Source of the DNA: Eledone cirrhosa
Taxonomy: Eukaryota
Reading direction: 5' to 3'
Assembly (NCBI GenBank): GCA_964016885.1
Contig: CAXHJY010000994.1
Coordinates: 8,492-72,491 of the forward strand
Length of the DNA stretch: 64,000 nt
Shown: piece by piece, positions 63,527-64,000 of the stretch
How positions within the stretch are numbered: position 1 is the stretch's first letter
Layout of the letters: every line of letters starts with the position of its first letter
Made by a program: the position numbers and the translations under genes
The notes under the pieces: generated by a model
Told to the model about the DNA's origin: nothing
The model's database searches: none
What the model saw: the letters and a program-made list of their open reading frames with translations, nothing else

Positions 63527-64000
63527 TAACATTATTTTAGAAATTAATATATAATTTAATTTAAATGTTAGTTAACCTATAAATTTAATTTAATTAAAAT
63601 TCTACTACAGATGAGAATATAAAATATTGTGTAATCATAAATTGTGAAAAACCTTTAAATATTACTAATATATACTTAGTAATTTAATTTATAGATTAAT
63701 TTTAATTTATTTAACCCTTTATTAAAATTCCTTTACAGATAAAATATAACAAAATATCGTGTATTCAATGACAGAGAAATAATTTTTAGTATTATAGACC
63801 TAATTAATATACATTTTAGAAATATATTTATAATTTGGTTTTAAATTTGGTCAACCTAAAAATTTAATTTAATTGGCTTAAAATTAGTATCCTAATACAG
63901 ACGGATTGCAGAGTGTCATGTAATCATAGAATGGGATGGGTTTTGGATGTATACCTAGTTGATATATTCTTTGCAATTTTTGAAAAAATATGTATATGTA

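Overview
Eukaryotic, very AT-rich, microsatellite-saturated DNA. The SINE/LINE repertoire looks like an octopus/cephalopod genome (inference). No host protein-coding gene can be supported, and nearly all listed ORFs are (TA)n/(CA)n/(GA)n/(GTA)n artefacts. The real content is mobile DNA. It includes a Penelope-like element (RT + GIY-YIG, 2129-6342) with a ~1.4-kb inverted copy of its own 3' part, a deleted hAT(hATm-like) transposon, fragments of CR1-like, Tx1/L1-like and RTE LINEs, a second PLE GIY-YIG fragment, about 25 tRNA-derived SINEs, small TA-flanked MITEs and minisatellites. The main signal not shown by the ORF track is at least five families of short non-coding elements inserted in (TA)n tracts. 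Most carry minimal type-I hammerhead ribozyme (HHR) motifs, and several share the Penelope element's fold-back architecture, in which the inverted arm ends at a family-specific position. One is a 463-bp circularly permuted, retrozyme-like unit. A conserved, apparently structured leader upstream of an RTE remnant is a further ribozyme candidate. All folds were read by eye and none is experimentally tested.
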